From: a virus
DNA length: 64,000 bases
Direction: 5' to 3' (one strand)
Virus record (IMG/VR): IMGVR_UViG_3300042307_001176
Coordinates: 64,001-128,000 of that record
Of this stretch, positions 46,356 through 57,932 are shown one piece after another. The first letter of the stretch is position 1. The number at the start of each line of letters is the position of its first letter. Made by a program: the position numbers and the translations under genes. The notes under the pieces are model-generated. The model was not told the origin of the DNA. It saw nothing but the letters and a program-made list of their open reading frames with translations, and did not search any database.

Positions 46356-48003
46356 ATGGAGAAATGTTGCTTCATACGGTAACAAAATCCAAAAATTAGA
46401 ATTACCAGATAAATCTGGTCTAATCCAAGTAGTTGGTGAAAATGGTGTAGGTAAGTCCACAATATCCGATGTTATTACATTCGGGCTATATGGAAAGCTT
46501 GAAGGAAAGAAACTTAAAGATATACCAAATAGATCTAATAAATGTGCTTGGATGAAGATAGAATTCGAGCAGGATGGAAAAATTTATGAAGTAGAGAGAG
46601 GATTAGAGCCTTCACTTTTTCAATTAACTATAGATGGTAATATTTACGATCAAGCTGGTAAAAATAATGTGCAAGATTTTTTAAGCGATGACATATTAAA
46701 AATACCTTATTATGTTTTTAATAATACAATTTCGTTATCAATAAATGATTTCAAAAGCTTCCTTAAAATGAGCACAACAGATAAGAAATTGATTATTGAT
46801 AAGATATTCGGATTCTATATTCTCAATGAGATGAGAGACATTTTAAAAGAAGAATCAAAGACTATAAAATCATCAATTGATAGATTATCCGGTGAAATAT
46901 TTGCTACTGGAAGATCTATAGCAGCATCACAAAAAGAACTAGAGGATTTACAACAAAAAATACTAGAAAATTCAGGGTCAGAAATAGAAAGTAATAAAGA
47001 GCAATTAGAAAACTACAAAGAACTTTTAAAACTACACGGAGATAAACTAAAAGATTTTAGGTCTAAAGAAAATGAAGCAACTAGGAACGTAACAAAATCA
47101 TACGAATTGTATAGTGATCTTTCTTCTAAAATCAAAAATATAGATTCTAAAATGAATTTATATAATAATGAAAAATGCCCGACTTGCTCATCCGATTTAT
47201 CTACAGAATTTCATAAAAATTTATTCGACGATCTTTCTGATACGAAGATTAAATTAACAGAAGATCTAGCTGATTTAAAAAAGAATTATGAGGATGCTAA
47301 GAAGGTTCAAAGTAATATTGCTACGATTAAGAATGACCTATTTACAAAAGGTGGTAAAATCGAAAGTGCAATTAGAACATTACAAGATAAAATTAAAACT
47401 CTCAAGACTTCAAAAAATAACGACCAGGTTAATTCGGTAAGGAAACTTTTAAATGGAGCTAATGAAGATCTTTCCGATTTTAGTCAAGAAAAGACTGTTT
47501 GGGAAGAAAGACAGATTTGGATTAAGACTTTAGATGAAGTGCTTAGTGAGAAAGGGGTTAAACAATTAGCTATTAAGTCCATATTACCGTCTCTAAACAA
47601 CGAAATACTAAATACCTTATTATCCCTTCACTTACCTTACAAAGTCGTTTTTAACGAAGAATTTAATGCCCAGATATTCCACTTGGGAGAAGAGATATCA
47701 ACACAGACATTATCCACAGGAGAAATGAAGAAAGTGGATTTTGCAGTTCTTGTTGCTATAATAAAGCTAATGAAAATAAGATTCTCTTCAGTTAACATAC
47801 TTTTCCTTGATGAAATATTTAGTTCAGTAGATCCTGATGGAGTTCATAGTATATTAAACACATTAAGAAAATTAACGGACGATCTAAGCATGAGCATTTT
47901 TGTAATAAATCATGCTCCAATGCCAACAGAAATATTTGATTATAAGATAGAAATATCAAAAAAGAATAATTTCTCAGATATTGCTTTCGATAAAATGGTG
48001 TAG
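46336..48003 (+). CDS. gp46-like recombination ATPase (Rad50/SbcC family)
   Basis: GENGVGKST, CPTC zinc hook, LSTGE, LDE. Confidence 0.93.
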   Translation: MKIKKIEWRNVASYGNKIQKLELPDKSGLIQVVGENGVGKSTISDVITFGLYGKLEGKKLKDIPNRSNKCAWMKIEFEQDGKIYEVERGLEPSLFQLTIDGNIYDQAGKNNVQDFLSDDILKIPYYVFNNTISLSINDFKSFLKMSTTDKKLIIDKIFGFYILNEMRDILKEESKTIKSSIDRLSGEIFATGRSIAASQKELEDLQQKILENSGSEIESNKEQLENYKELLKLHGDKLKDFRSKENEATRNVTKSYELYSDLSSKIKNIDSKMNLYNNEKCPTCSSDLSTEFHKNLFDDLSDTKIKLTEDLADLKKNYEDAKKVQSNIATIKNDLFTKGGKIESAIRTLQDKIKTLKTSKNNDQVNSVRKLLNGANEDLSDFSQEKTVWEERQIWIKTLDEVLSEKGVKQLAIKSILPSLNNEILNTLLSLHLPYKVVFNEEFNAQIFHLGEEISTQTLSTGEMKKVDFAVLVAIIKLMKIRFSSVNILFLDEIFSSVDPDGVHSILNTLRKLTDDLSMSIFVINHAPMPTEIFDYKIEISKKNNFSDIAFDKMV

Positions 48004-48015
48004 GATATATAAATC

Positions 48016-48435
48016 ATGGCAGATACATTTCCAGCAGGCACAGAATCTATAAGAAATTTAACACCCAAATTTAATTATTTTTTAGTAGTTAAAGAAGATT
48101 CTATTGCAGACGATATTCCACAAAAAGAATATTTTGTTTATAGATTTAAAGTGGCACTTAGTGCTAGCGATGGAATTAGTGAATTAAAAAAATACTTTAA
48201 ATTCATTCTAAATTCCCAGGTTTTTGTTTGTAACGAACTTAGCGATGTTGAATATGCTACTGGAATTTTTTATCATCCATACTACAAGAATAGTAAAAAA
48301 GAACCTTTATCTTTCAGATTAAAAGAAATCCCTATTTATATGCAATCTGAAATAAGAGTTATTGATTTTAATAAGGATCTATACCAATACGGGAGTAAAC
48401 CTATAATAAAGGATAATACATCTGTTATAATATAA
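48016..48435 (+). CDS. hypothetical protein
   Basis: 139 aa after GATATATA. Confidence 0.6.
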   Translation: MADTFPAGTESIRNLTPKFNYFLVVKEDSIADDIPQKEYFVYRFKVALSASDGISELKKYFKFILNSQVFVCNELSDVEYATGIFYHPYYKNSKKEPLSFRLKEIPIYMQSEIRVIDFNKDLYQYGSKPIIKDNTSVII

Positions 48436-48444
48436 TAATAAAAT

Positions 48445-49281
48445 ATGAATTTTTTAGAAAAATATAACACCGACGACGTATTCTTTAGAGGTATAATACT
48501 AGGTCTATTAACTGAGTTAAATCAAATAATAACTTATGAACAAACTGATAATAACCAAGTAACCACTAAAATTTACATACCATTCTTTTATTCTATGGTA
48601 GGGGATGAACCATTCCTACAAGACTTCTATCTTTCTTATGAAGACTGCAATGGTAAGCCAGCATTTGCTGAAGGAAATTATGATGTTATACCAAGAGGAA
48701 TTATCGAAATAGGATCAACAAGAATTGACTCAGGATCGGCAACTACTAAATTTGTTAGAGGTTCTTATGTTAAGGAAGTCGAAAAAGAAGAGGGAAGTGA
48801 AATGGTTACTTTTTCTTCTTATTTTAATCCAATTCCATTAAGTATACAAATTACTGCAAAAATAAAAGTTGATACCACTCTTGATGCTTTTAAAGTCCAA
48901 CAAAGTGTTCTTGAAATTCTTTATAAAAGGTTTATATACTATTTTTACTATAAAGGATTCAGAATACCAGTACAAGCGGTTCTCCCAGATGCACCACCAG
49001 ATAAGCAGCCTAATAATTTCCAAATGTCTTATGGATCTCAAAGAGGAGAAGCAATAACCCTTTCTTTCTCTATGGAGCTAGAAACATATCTTCCTGATTT
49101 GGATTTAACTACTGAAAGATTCAGAGGTAATTTAATGCAAGGAGGAATAAAATTAAATGCTGAATTTGGTACAGCTCCTGCAGATAATAGCCAAATAATA
49201 TCAGGATTAGGAGTTTATGCTATTAATAGCGACATAAAAGGGGAAACGGGTGCAACAGGATCTGGTCCAGCTAATCCTTAA
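48445..49281 (+). CDS. gp15-like tail sheath stabiliser/terminator
   Basis: Position in the morphogenesis block; IYIPFFY...IPRG...PIPL pattern. Confidence 0.55.
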   Translation: MNFLEKYNTDDVFFRGIILGLLTELNQIITYEQTDNNQVTTKIYIPFFYSMVGDEPFLQDFYLSYEDCNGKPAFAEGNYDVIPRGIIEIGSTRIDSGSATTKFVRGSYVKEVEKEEGSEMVTFSSYFNPIPLSIQITAKIKVDTTLDAFKVQQSVLEILYKRFIYYFYYKGFRIPVQAVLPDAPPDKQPNNFQMSYGSQRGEAITLSFSMELETYLPDLDLTTERFRGNLMQGGIKLNAEFGTAPADNSQIISGLGVYAINSDIKGETGATGSGPANP

Positions 49282-49640
49282 GAATTTAAAGGCTGATCAT
49301 CTTTTACTTCTTCTTCTTCTTTTACTTCTTCTAGATCAGTAACTCCAGAATCTTTAGATTTTCTATAACCTAAAAGAGTTGCACCTATTGATATAAGAAT
49401 AATAGATTGAGTTAGTATATCTGCACTTTTATCTAAAAACATTTTATCGATACAGCCAAGTAAGAAACAAATACCCCCAATAAAAACTATATATAGACCC
49501 GATGTGCCACTCCCAGAAGTTTTTCCATCTGAGTTAGAAGTAAGTTGCGCGAAGCTAAACCTCTCCATAGTTGCTCTGAATTTTTTCATATTGTTTTTTC
49601 TGATATATATTACAAACAGTAGCCAAAATGGCAGAGACAC
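49278..49640 (-). CDS. 2-TM membrane protein, holin candidate
   Basis: Two hydrophobic helices and a charged tail. Confidence 0.4.
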   Translation of the reverse strand: MSLPFWLLFVIYIRKNNMKKFRATMERFSFAQLTSNSDGKTSGSGTSGLYIVFIGGICFLLGCIDKMFLDKSADILTQSIILISIGATLLGYRKSKDSGVTDLEEVKEEEEVKDDQPLNS

Positions 49641-51817
49641 TAATAGATTTTACTTCAATAGGAAATTACAGAATAATTTCTTGGAGCCAGCCATGGAAAA
49701 ATGTTCAATCATTTAATGGGTGGATAATTGATACAACAGGAGAAGATCCTCCACACATTTTTTTATATCTAGAATATAGATGGAGTATTAACGGGTCTAA
49801 TTGGTCTTTATGGAGTCAATTGACAGAAGCATCAGTTCAGGCATTATCTATATCACCCGATAATCCATTATGGTTAGAGGCGAGAATGACTGCTACGTCG
49901 GATGAAAATTCTAGTCCTTATTACCCGCCAGGAACACCTTTAAGCCCACCAATAGAATTATTAGACTTCGAATTTGATTTGACATATGTAACAGTAGATC
50001 CTAGAGATTTAATGGGAAATCCGCCTGCACCTATGTGTAGTAAAGAATTAACAAATTATCCCATAGTATTTTCAGATTGTAATTATACATTTAGACCATA
50101 TGATATCAATAGGGCTATAAATCTATATCAGGATTTAAGCAAGATCGTAAATAATGTTTTTGGACACGAGGTTGTTTATTATTCAGTACAGCCACAAGGT
50201 AGAGGTAAAGATGTTGTATTAAAAGAGTATACATTATTTGATGTAGTAGAAGAAAAATGTGTGAAGGTAATGGTACCCAATAATACATTCCCTGATGCAG
50301 CTTTAACTTTCGATACCTACGGATTAAACTTTAATCAACCATTTGAAATCCATATTGATAGAAAATATTTTGAAAGCATATTTGGAAAAGCATCACAGCC
50401 AAGAAAAAGAGATATCATTTTCTTTCCCTTAACTAATAGAATTTATCAAATAGATTCAATGTATGTGTTTAGGGATATAAATAATTATCCTGTATATTTT
50501 AAGATTCAGTTAGTTAAATATGAGATTAAGAAAAACACATCTTTTGTCAATCCTGCTGCAGAAACTGAATTATTAGATTACACGGTAAACACCCAAAAAT
50601 TATTTGGAGAGGAAATAGAAAACCAAGAGATTGAATTAACCAAACCCCAACAATATGCAGTGACGTCGCAAAGAAGATTGGAAGATCCTATAAGATCATA
50701 TATTAGCAAAGAACTTCCTATAATAGAATATGATCTAAATAATAACTGGACGATAGTTTTTAATAATTATTATGATTTAGATAAATTATTTATTGACTCA
50801 CAAAATGCAGTAGATCCTGCATCTCCTGCATTATTAGATTTTGAAAGAGATGCTGTTAGATGGAAATCTGATCCAGTTTTAACAGCTACAGACGAAAGAT
50901 CATTTATGTGCTGGTTTAGAACAAGAAATTTCTTAGATAGAAGTAGATTAGTTCCTAAGCCCGCTCCTAAATTGTCAATAACTATTGATACAATAGGAAC
51001 AAATGAAATAACTTACACAACTTATCCAATACCACATAAATTAAGTCTTGGAGAAAATCCTAATGGATTTATATCAATACTCGGGGATGGAATAAGATCT
51101 GGCGGATTTGAAATACTAGAAATAGTCGATCAATTCAGATTTAAAATAAAAGATGATGGAGCAGCAGCACCAGGTACTACTGCAGGATGGAAAGCTCAAA
51201 AAGCTCAAACAAGAATTCTATTCGATGGATATTACGGGGGACAAGGATTACGTATAGATTTCATATGGAGCGGATCAAATGCAGTCGCTAGTCCAACAGA
51301 TAATAATTATATAGAAACAGGAAGTTTTAGAATAAAGATAAATAACTTAGAAGTATACTCTCCGTTTGGGGCTGGAATAGCTAGTACCATAGGACAATTT
51401 ATACCTTCTGTAGATGATTGGTACGGATTTGTTTTTAATTTTTCTAACATATTCAGACAATATTCACTAAAGGTTTGGCAATTGACTTATGATCCTGATA
51501 ATCCGCTAGCTCAAACTTCGGATTTGAGTCTAATACATTCAACGGATGGAGTTACTTCACAGGCTTATACTTTTAATATTACGCCTGTAATTGATAATAA
51601 TTATGATAGTCCATTTTACGGAACTAATAATTATTCATATAAAACTAGTTCTTGTCCACTTTGGGCAACTAACTATAGATTTTTTAAACATATGGTAGAA
51701 GAGGAAAAACAGTCAACAATGCTAAATCAGAATATAATAGGAGATGCGCATCTTGCTATTATAATAGATAATGCTAAACCTATATTAAAACTTCCTAAGG
51801 TCGCCAGAAACAGATAA
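49628..51817 (+). CDS. virion protein with gp14-like neck domain
   Basis: FGHEVVYY...D..LKEY...FG...PRKRDIIFFP...YQI. Confidence 0.55.
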   Translation: MAETLIDFTSIGNYRIISWSQPWKNVQSFNGWIIDTTGEDPPHIFLYLEYRWSINGSNWSLWSQLTEASVQALSISPDNPLWLEARMTATSDENSSPYYPPGTPLSPPIELLDFEFDLTYVTVDPRDLMGNPPAPMCSKELTNYPIVFSDCNYTFRPYDINRAINLYQDLSKIVNNVFGHEVVYYSVQPQGRGKDVVLKEYTLFDVVEEKCVKVMVPNNTFPDAALTFDTYGLNFNQPFEIHIDRKYFESIFGKASQPRKRDIIFFPLTNRIYQIDSMYVFRDINNYPVYFKIQLVKYEIKKNTSFVNPAAETELLDYTVNTQKLFGEEIENQEIELTKPQQYAVTSQRRLEDPIRSYISKELPIIEYDLNNNWTIVFNNYYDLDKLFIDSQNAVDPASPALLDFERDAVRWKSDPVLTATDERSFMCWFRTRNFLDRSRLVPKPAPKLSITIDTIGTNEITYTTYPIPHKLSLGENPNGFISILGDGIRSGGFEILEIVDQFRFKIKDDGAAAPGTTAGWKAQKAQTRILFDGYYGGQGLRIDFIWSGSNAVASPTDNNYIETGSFRIKINNLEVYSPFGAGIASTIGQFIPSVDDWYGFVFNFSNIFRQYSLKVWQLTYDPDNPLAQTSDLSLIHSTDGVTSQAYTFNITPVIDNNYDSPFYGTNNYSYKTSSCPLWATNYRFFKHMVEEEKQSTMLNQNIIGDAHLAIIIDNAKPILKLPKVARNR

Positions 51818-51820
51818 TTT

Positions 51821-52591
51821 ATGCCAAGAAGAAAACCAAAAATACCGAATCTTTCAAAAGAGGCAGAGCTTAATCTTAAAGATAAGCTTGATGGAATTGT
51901 TTTAGCAGATGAAATGCTAGCAGGACTAAGTACACCGGATATCCCGGCAATGAAGCCTCAGAGATTCATAAATGTAGATTCAGTAAAGAATGAGGTAGAA
52001 ACAGAAGCTAGAGCTATACTAGATTCATTATCTAGATTCTATGCCGATTTAGAAGATATTCCAGAAGACAGTTATTTAAAACACAAACAGAAAATAGATG
52101 CTCTTAATATATCAACTATGGCATTTCAGATAAGAACTGCACAGCATGCTATATCGAAGCTTGTAGAAGAAATAGATTCAGGAAGAATGGAGCCTAGGCT
52201 TTTTGAGGTTCTAGCACAGCTTCAAAATCAGATCATGCAAATGCCTAAAAATTTCTCTAACTACATGTCACAAATGGAGAAAAATTACAAACAGCTTAAA
52301 AATGAATCAGAAGAGATTAAAAGAGGCGGTAATATCCAATTAGATGAACACGGAAATGTTATACAAACTGACGAAAATATGGATCTTTTAAAAGTAAGAG
52401 GTACTAAAAGTTTAATGGAAAATTTACAATCTGTAATAAAATCTGGTAATCTTGTTAAAGACGCAGAAATAGTACCGCCTAACGATGATCTAATAAATCC
52501 ACGAACAAAATTCGGAACAGGATCAGGCGATTTATCTTTAGGCGGAGATGATGATATTGACTTTGTAATAGAAGATGATATTTTCGAATAA
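51821..52591 (+). CDS. possible terminase small subunit
   Basis: Immediately upstream of the large terminase; PRLFEVLAQL resembles gp16 PR..EV. Confidence 0.5.
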   Translation: MPRRKPKIPNLSKEAELNLKDKLDGIVLADEMLAGLSTPDIPAMKPQRFINVDSVKNEVETEARAILDSLSRFYADLEDIPEDSYLKHKQKIDALNISTMAFQIRTAQHAISKLVEEIDSGRMEPRLFEVLAQLQNQIMQMPKNFSNYMSQMEKNYKQLKNESEEIKRGGNIQLDEHGNVIQTDENMDLLKVRGTKSLMENLQSVIKSGNLVKDAEIVPPNDDLINPRTKFGTGSGDLSLGGDDDIDFVIEDDIFE

Positions 52592-52601
52592 TTAATTTAT
52601 T

Positions 52602-54407
52602 ATGGCACTTAAAGAAGATAAAATAGGTAATTTTTGGTCGACTGAAAAAGTTGATCAATTAAACTATAATGCAGAAGAAAATGGTATAGACTATAAAGAT
52701 GTTGATAATCCTTATCATGAGAATGATCCAGAATTAAGAAAGGGACAAATTCTATTCGAATACACTGAATGGGAATTAGAGGAGATGAGAAAATGTGCAG
52801 AGAATGTTGTTTATTTTGCAAATAAGTATTGTAAAGTAATGACAGATGATGGTATACAGAAGATAAATCTTAGGGATTACCAGATACAGATCCTAGATCA
52901 ATATCAAACTCACAGAAAAAATATATTCGTTTCTCCAAGACAATCAGGTAAAACTATAACTTCCTCCATATTTCTTTTATGGTATTTACTTTTTAATTTT
53001 GAAAAGAATGCTATGATTATGGCAAACATTGGAGATACTGCTGCGGAATTAATGGATAAGATCAAAGTTATTATGAAAGGACTTCCTTTCTTCTTAAAGC
53101 CAGGTCTAATCGTCTATAATGTAATGACCATGAAGTTTGATAACGGATGTAGAATAATGGCTAAGACGACAACTAAAACATCGTCTATCGGTTACACAAT
53201 TCATATGTTATACATGGATGAGTTCGCACACATTAACCCTAACTTTATCAATCAGTTCTTTAAATCAGTTTACCCTACTATATCTTCTTCACAGATAGCC
53301 AGAGTTATTATAACTTCCACTCCTAACGGAATGAATAAATTCTGGGAACTTTATAAAGGAGCAATAGAAGGGGAGAATGAATTTAATCCAATCAGAGTTG
53401 AATGGTGGCAAATTCCAAATAGGGATGAGGAATGGAAAAGGAAAGAAATTGCAGCATTAGGGTCTGAGGAGGATTTTAATCAAGAATATGGCTGCCAATT
53501 CCTTTCATCATCAAGACTTCTATTGGATTCTTACACATTAAAAAGATTAAAAAATAGTGAAGAACAATTCATTTTTCACGAACTCTCCCCGTTCGAAAAT
53601 AGTCCAATAGATTATTCTAGCCTTATATGGCATCCTAAATTCGATCCCACATCAATTTTTGAAAAGGATGGTCAAAGATTTTATGTTTCAATAGATACAG
53701 CAAGTGGTGGAGGAGGAGATTATTCAGTAGCAAATATATTTAAGGTTGCTCCTATGCCATCTAATGTCATTAAGAATAAAAAATTCTTTGAGGATGAGAG
53801 CGATTTCTTCTGTCTTTTACAAGTTGGTATTTTTAGATCTAACACAATAGAGATAGACGAATTTAAAGCTTTGTTAGAGATATTAATAGGAAGTATATTA
53901 GGTGTTGATAATACAAGAATAGTTCTAGAGCTTAATTATAAAGGGGAAATTCTAATGGATAAACTTTTAGATTGTGAAGAATTCTTTGACGAAATGTTTG
54001 TTTATACAAAACATTCTGAAGCTTCGAATAGATTAAAGCCTGGAATTAAACTAACCGTTAAGAATAAAGAAAAATTCTGCTACGATTTAAAAATAAATAC
54101 AAGATCTTCTAAAATAATTCCATGTAGTAAAAACGGAATACACGAATTAGCTAACTTTGGAATAAATCCAAATGGGAGTTTTTCTAGTCAAATAGGTAAA
54201 GATGATGAGGCAATGACACTGGTAAATATAAATTGTATATTTGATAACGGAGATTTTCAAGAGACAGTTTCTGACCTGTATGATATAATACCAGAAAAAT
54301 TCAGAAAATTAATGGAAGAAAGGTTAACTGAAAATGTAGAATCCATTCAAAACAAGACTAATGACCTTTCAAGTTATACTTTCTTAAACGGACTCCTTGA
54401 TTCTTGA
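52602..54407 (+). CDS. terminase large subunit (gp17-like)
   Basis: LRDYQ, PRQSGKT, MDEFAH, TSTPNG, QEYGC.F, D.A.G.GGDYS, DD. Confidence 0.95.
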   Translation: MALKEDKIGNFWSTEKVDQLNYNAEENGIDYKDVDNPYHENDPELRKGQILFEYTEWELEEMRKCAENVVYFANKYCKVMTDDGIQKINLRDYQIQILDQYQTHRKNIFVSPRQSGKTITSSIFLLWYLLFNFEKNAMIMANIGDTAAELMDKIKVIMKGLPFFLKPGLIVYNVMTMKFDNGCRIMAKTTTKTSSIGYTIHMLYMDEFAHINPNFINQFFKSVYPTISSSQIARVIITSTPNGMNKFWELYKGAIEGENEFNPIRVEWWQIPNRDEEWKRKEIAALGSEEDFNQEYGCQFLSSSRLLLDSYTLKRLKNSEEQFIFHELSPFENSPIDYSSLIWHPKFDPTSIFEKDGQRFYVSIDTASGGGGDYSVANIFKVAPMPSNVIKNKKFFEDESDFFCLLQVGIFRSNTIEIDEFKALLEILIGSILGVDNTRIVLELNYKGEILMDKLLDCEEFFDEMFVYTKHSEASNRLKPGIKLTVKNKEKFCYDLKINTRSSKIIPCSKNGIHELANFGINPNGSFSSQIGKDDEAMTLVNINCIFDNGDFQETVSDLYDIIPEKFRKLMEERLTENVESIQNKTNDLSSYTFLNGLLDS

Positions 54408-54485
54408 GAGACGAATGATATATACATAGAAAAAGAAGTCTAAAGCAGTATACTTCTTCGATATATAAAAAAATAAAAATTAAAG

Positions 54486-57400
54486 ATGGCCAAACAAGTT
54501 AAACTTGACTTATCCCAATTCAAAGCATCGGGTGTTTACACATTAGAATTTGATGCTTCGGAAAATATTATCATTAATCCTCAGACGATTAGATTAGTAA
54601 TAGGTTACTCTAATATTGGACCTTTCAATACTCCAGTATATTGTCCCGATATTACAACTTTCCAGTCAGTATTTGGGAGTACTGATAAAGCTTTAGAGAA
54701 AAAAGGATCATTCTTTCATAGATCTGTTTTAACATGTTTAGGGAGTGGACCTGTATTTGCTTTAAATCTAAGATCACTTAACAATACCGTAGATACTAAC
54801 GGAGATCCTGATTACGCTGCTGGTGCTGACGTTGCTAGATATCGTGCTTTCTCTATGGATTCAGAAGAGCAAAATGGTGCTAATGCAACAGGAGCATATT
54901 CAGATCCTTTGACAAATCAGGATAAATTAGTTTCTTCTTATTACAACAAAGAGAAATTCTGGTTCCCAGACACTAATTATTTCTTAGCAACTGAAGATTC
55001 TGCTGGTGCACAACCAGATACAAGAAAATTATTCAGCCTTGTTAACTTAGGTCAAAATCCAGTAAGTATTATAGTAAGAAAATCTTTAGATTCTAGATTT
55101 CCTTTAAGAGGATTTGATATTACAGCTAGAGAATATTTTGGAGCTGATAATGTACCTTCTTATATGAATCAATACGATTATCTTTCAGATTGGTTTATTG
55201 ATGTAATCGTAATTAGTGGAAATTGGACCGATTATCAAGCTTTAGCTAATGACCCAGTTTATAACACATATTTCACTTCTAAAGGATTTATTAAATCACA
55301 AATAGATAATTTCTTATCACAAAATGGAGTTAATACTTTATTAACTGTTACTGGTACTATTATTCCTAACTTTACAGACCAAAACGGTACTCTTAGATAC
55401 ATTCAGACATTAATTAACAACCAAACACCAACTACTGGTATATTCTGTGCAGTTAATGAAGAAGCTTTAGATGATTTATTAGTAAACTCTTCAGTTTTTG
55501 ATCTAGTTGGTCATCACTTAGTTGATGAAACTACTCCTGATGCTGATATCACTTCAGTTCCTAGGAATTTAAATTTCTTATCTTATAGCCAAAATCTATT
55601 TGCAGATTACACTTACGATAGAAATGTAGACGGTTCTACTACAGGTACAGAGATTTCTGATTCTGGAGTTTCTCCTTCTACTGGCTTTGATATATTACCA
55701 GAAACTGGTACATTATTAATAGATACTAACTACAATGTTATAGGAGACGCTGGAATACCTTTCACTGAATTTGATACATATTCTACTACTGCTAGAGATG
55801 GGGGATCTATTTATTTAGATACTAAATTTCAAAACCCAACTCTACACGATACACAAATTACAACTTTAACACAATTCTTAGATACTACGCCAGATTCACC
55901 TGCTGAAAGATGGGTATTAGGTAAAGTTACATCTACCTTACCAACAGCTGGTTATTTAGGATTCTACGTTGGTGACTTAGTTAAGATTAAGGTAACTGAA
56001 GCTAAATTTATTACTAATAACACTTTACCAACAGGTCTAAAACAACAGGTAAGAATCAGAATGAATCACCCTTTAGTTGGTTCTACTGCTTCTACAACAT
56101 ATGTTGAACCTTGGTACGAAACAAATAAAAGTACAGTGGATGCTTACCAGATTGGTACTCCAGATTACTTTGATAATGATGATGTTTTCTTCTCACCAGA
56201 TATCCCAGTAGGTACAGATAGCTATTTAGCTTATGAAAACTCTCTTATGTACAGAGACTGGACTAAGGGAAATATTGGAGATGGTGATCAAGACTGGAAA
56301 GATGATACTGGATCTCTTAAACAATACTTAAAATTTGAAGTAAATGTAGATAGAGACGGTTATAAAATCCTAGTCTGTAGAGCGTTTTCAGAGGATACCC
56401 TCACAACTCCTGAAGCAATTGAAGGATTTGGCGATACTTTTATTAGTTCTTTACCTACTGGTACTAATGCAGTTGGAACATACCAATTTAATATCGTTTC
56501 AACAACAGGTAACATTAGTGATTATATTGATATTGTTACTCAATTACAGCCTAACGTTATTGAATTAACTACAGCAATTGCTAATTCTTCAGGAATTAAA
56601 GTGGGAGATCTATTAGTTTCTACTGACACTCAAATTTACGATAATCCATTAACTGAGAATCTTCAGTCAAGATTAACTAGAGTACTTGAGGTTAAAACAG
56701 TATCTTCTGCTTCTTCCCCTGGTATTTACACAGTACAAGTTAAAACTGAAAGACCTATTAAATTGTATCCAGGTACAACAACAAGAGTTTTGAGCTTTAA
56801 AAATATACAAGAATTTGTTACATCTTTCAATTTCACTTATCTACCAGGAGCTCAGATTAAAGCTGCTTCTGTACCAAACGGAACAGATACAAGAATGAAT
56901 GAGATCTTGGACGTACTTTCTAATACAAACTTAGCAAGAACATTAGCTGATACTGACGTAATCACATTCAGATACATCGTAGATACATTCGACGGAGGTA
57001 TTCAACCAAACTGTAAATTCCAACTTACTAGACTTGCTAAAAACAGACAAAAATGTTTAGCAATTTGTAATGTGCCTTCAATGAAGAAATTCTCTGATTC
57101 TATTGATCCTAGATTTACTTCAGCACCTACAGCAACAGATCCAGCTCCAATTTTACAAGCTAGATATATTGCAGACGGAGGTAACTTAAGTTTGAATCCT
57201 TCATTCACGTTCTCTTTACCTGATGAAGACTTAGGAGCAAAATTCTCAGGATTCTTCTCTCCTTTCTTAACAATCAGAGAGAATGGTAAGAACTTAAACG
57301 TTCCACCATCAGCATACGTTTCTAACAACTTCATTCGTAAATTTATTACAGGTGAACCTTATTCAATCGTAGCTGGTCTTAAAAGAGGTATTATCTCTGC

Positions 57401-57887
57401 TGGTAACTTAGTTGGTCTTGAGTATGATTTCGATATTGAAGATAGAGAATACTTAGAGCCATTCGGTATCAATCCAATCATCAGAAAAAGAGGTGTTGGT
57501 ATTGTTATCTACGGTAACCAAACAAGCTACCAAAGAACTAACTCAGCATTTAATAACTTACACGTTAGAGACTTATTAATCACTATTGAATCTGCAATAG
57601 AGCAAATACTTTCTAACTATGTGTTTGATTTTAACGAAGACAATGTAAGACTTGAAATTAAAACATTAGTAGACAATTATTTAACTGGAGTAAGATCTGT
57701 TGGAGGTATTTATAACTACTTATCTATTATGGACTCTTCTAATAATACACCTGCAATCATTGATCAAAATATTGGTATTATTGACGTAATTATTGAACCT
57801 GCAAGAGGTATTCATAAGTTTATTAATAGAATGACAGTTACTAGAACAGGTGGTATTGCTTCTGGAGGATTTTTGCAATTTAGTTAA
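54486..57887 (+). CDS. tail sheath protein (gp18-like) with large insertion
   Basis: SGVYTLE.D, GPFNTP, AGLKRG, INPI, IYGNQT, VRDLL, F.FN. Confidence 0.9.
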   Translation: MAKQVKLDLSQFKASGVYTLEFDASENIIINPQTIRLVIGYSNIGPFNTPVYCPDITTFQSVFGSTDKALEKKGSFFHRSVLTCLGSGPVFALNLRSLNNTVDTNGDPDYAAGADVARYRAFSMDSEEQNGANATGAYSDPLTNQDKLVSSYYNKEKFWFPDTNYFLATEDSAGAQPDTRKLFSLVNLGQNPVSIIVRKSLDSRFPLRGFDITAREYFGADNVPSYMNQYDYLSDWFIDVIVISGNWTDYQALANDPVYNTYFTSKGFIKSQIDNFLSQNGVNTLLTVTGTIIPNFTDQNGTLRYIQTLINNQTPTTGIFCAVNEEALDDLLVNSSVFDLVGHHLVDETTPDADITSVPRNLNFLSYSQNLFADYTYDRNVDGSTTGTEISDSGVSPSTGFDILPETGTLLIDTNYNVIGDAGIPFTEFDTYSTTARDGGSIYLDTKFQNPTLHDTQITTLTQFLDTTPDSPAERWVLGKVTSTLPTAGYLGFYVGDLVKIKVTEAKFITNNTLPTGLKQQVRIRMNHPLVGSTASTTYVEPWYETNKSTVDAYQIGTPDYFDNDDVFFSPDIPVGTDSYLAYENSLMYRDWTKGNIGDGDQDWKDDTGSLKQYLKFEVNVDRDGYKILVCRAFSEDTLTTPEAIEGFGDTFISSLPTGTNAVGTYQFNIVSTTGNISDYIDIVTQLQPNVIELTTAIANSSGIKVGDLLVSTDTQIYDNPLTENLQSRLTRVLEVKTVSSASSPGIYTVQVKTERPIKLYPGTTTRVLSFKNIQEFVTSFNFTYLPGAQIKAASVPNGTDTRMNEILDVLSNTNLARTLADTDVITFRYIVDTFDGGIQPNCKFQLTRLAKNRQKCLAICNVPSMKKFSDSIDPRFTSAPTATDPAPILQARYIADGGNLSLNPSFTFSLPDEDLGAKFSGFFSPFLTIRENGKNLNVPPSAYVSNNFIRKFITGEPYSIVAGLKRGIISAGNLVGLEYDFDIEDREYLEPFGINPIIRKRGVGIVIYGNQTSYQRTNSAFNNLHVRDLLITIESAIEQILSNYVFDFNEDNVRLEIKTLVDNYLTGVRSVGGIYNYLSIMDSSNNTPAIIDQNIGIIDVIIEPARGIHKFINRMTVTRTGGIASGGFLQFS

Positions 57888-57932
57888 TAGATTTGTAAAT
57901 AAATCAGGGAGAAAAATATATAAAATAAAAAC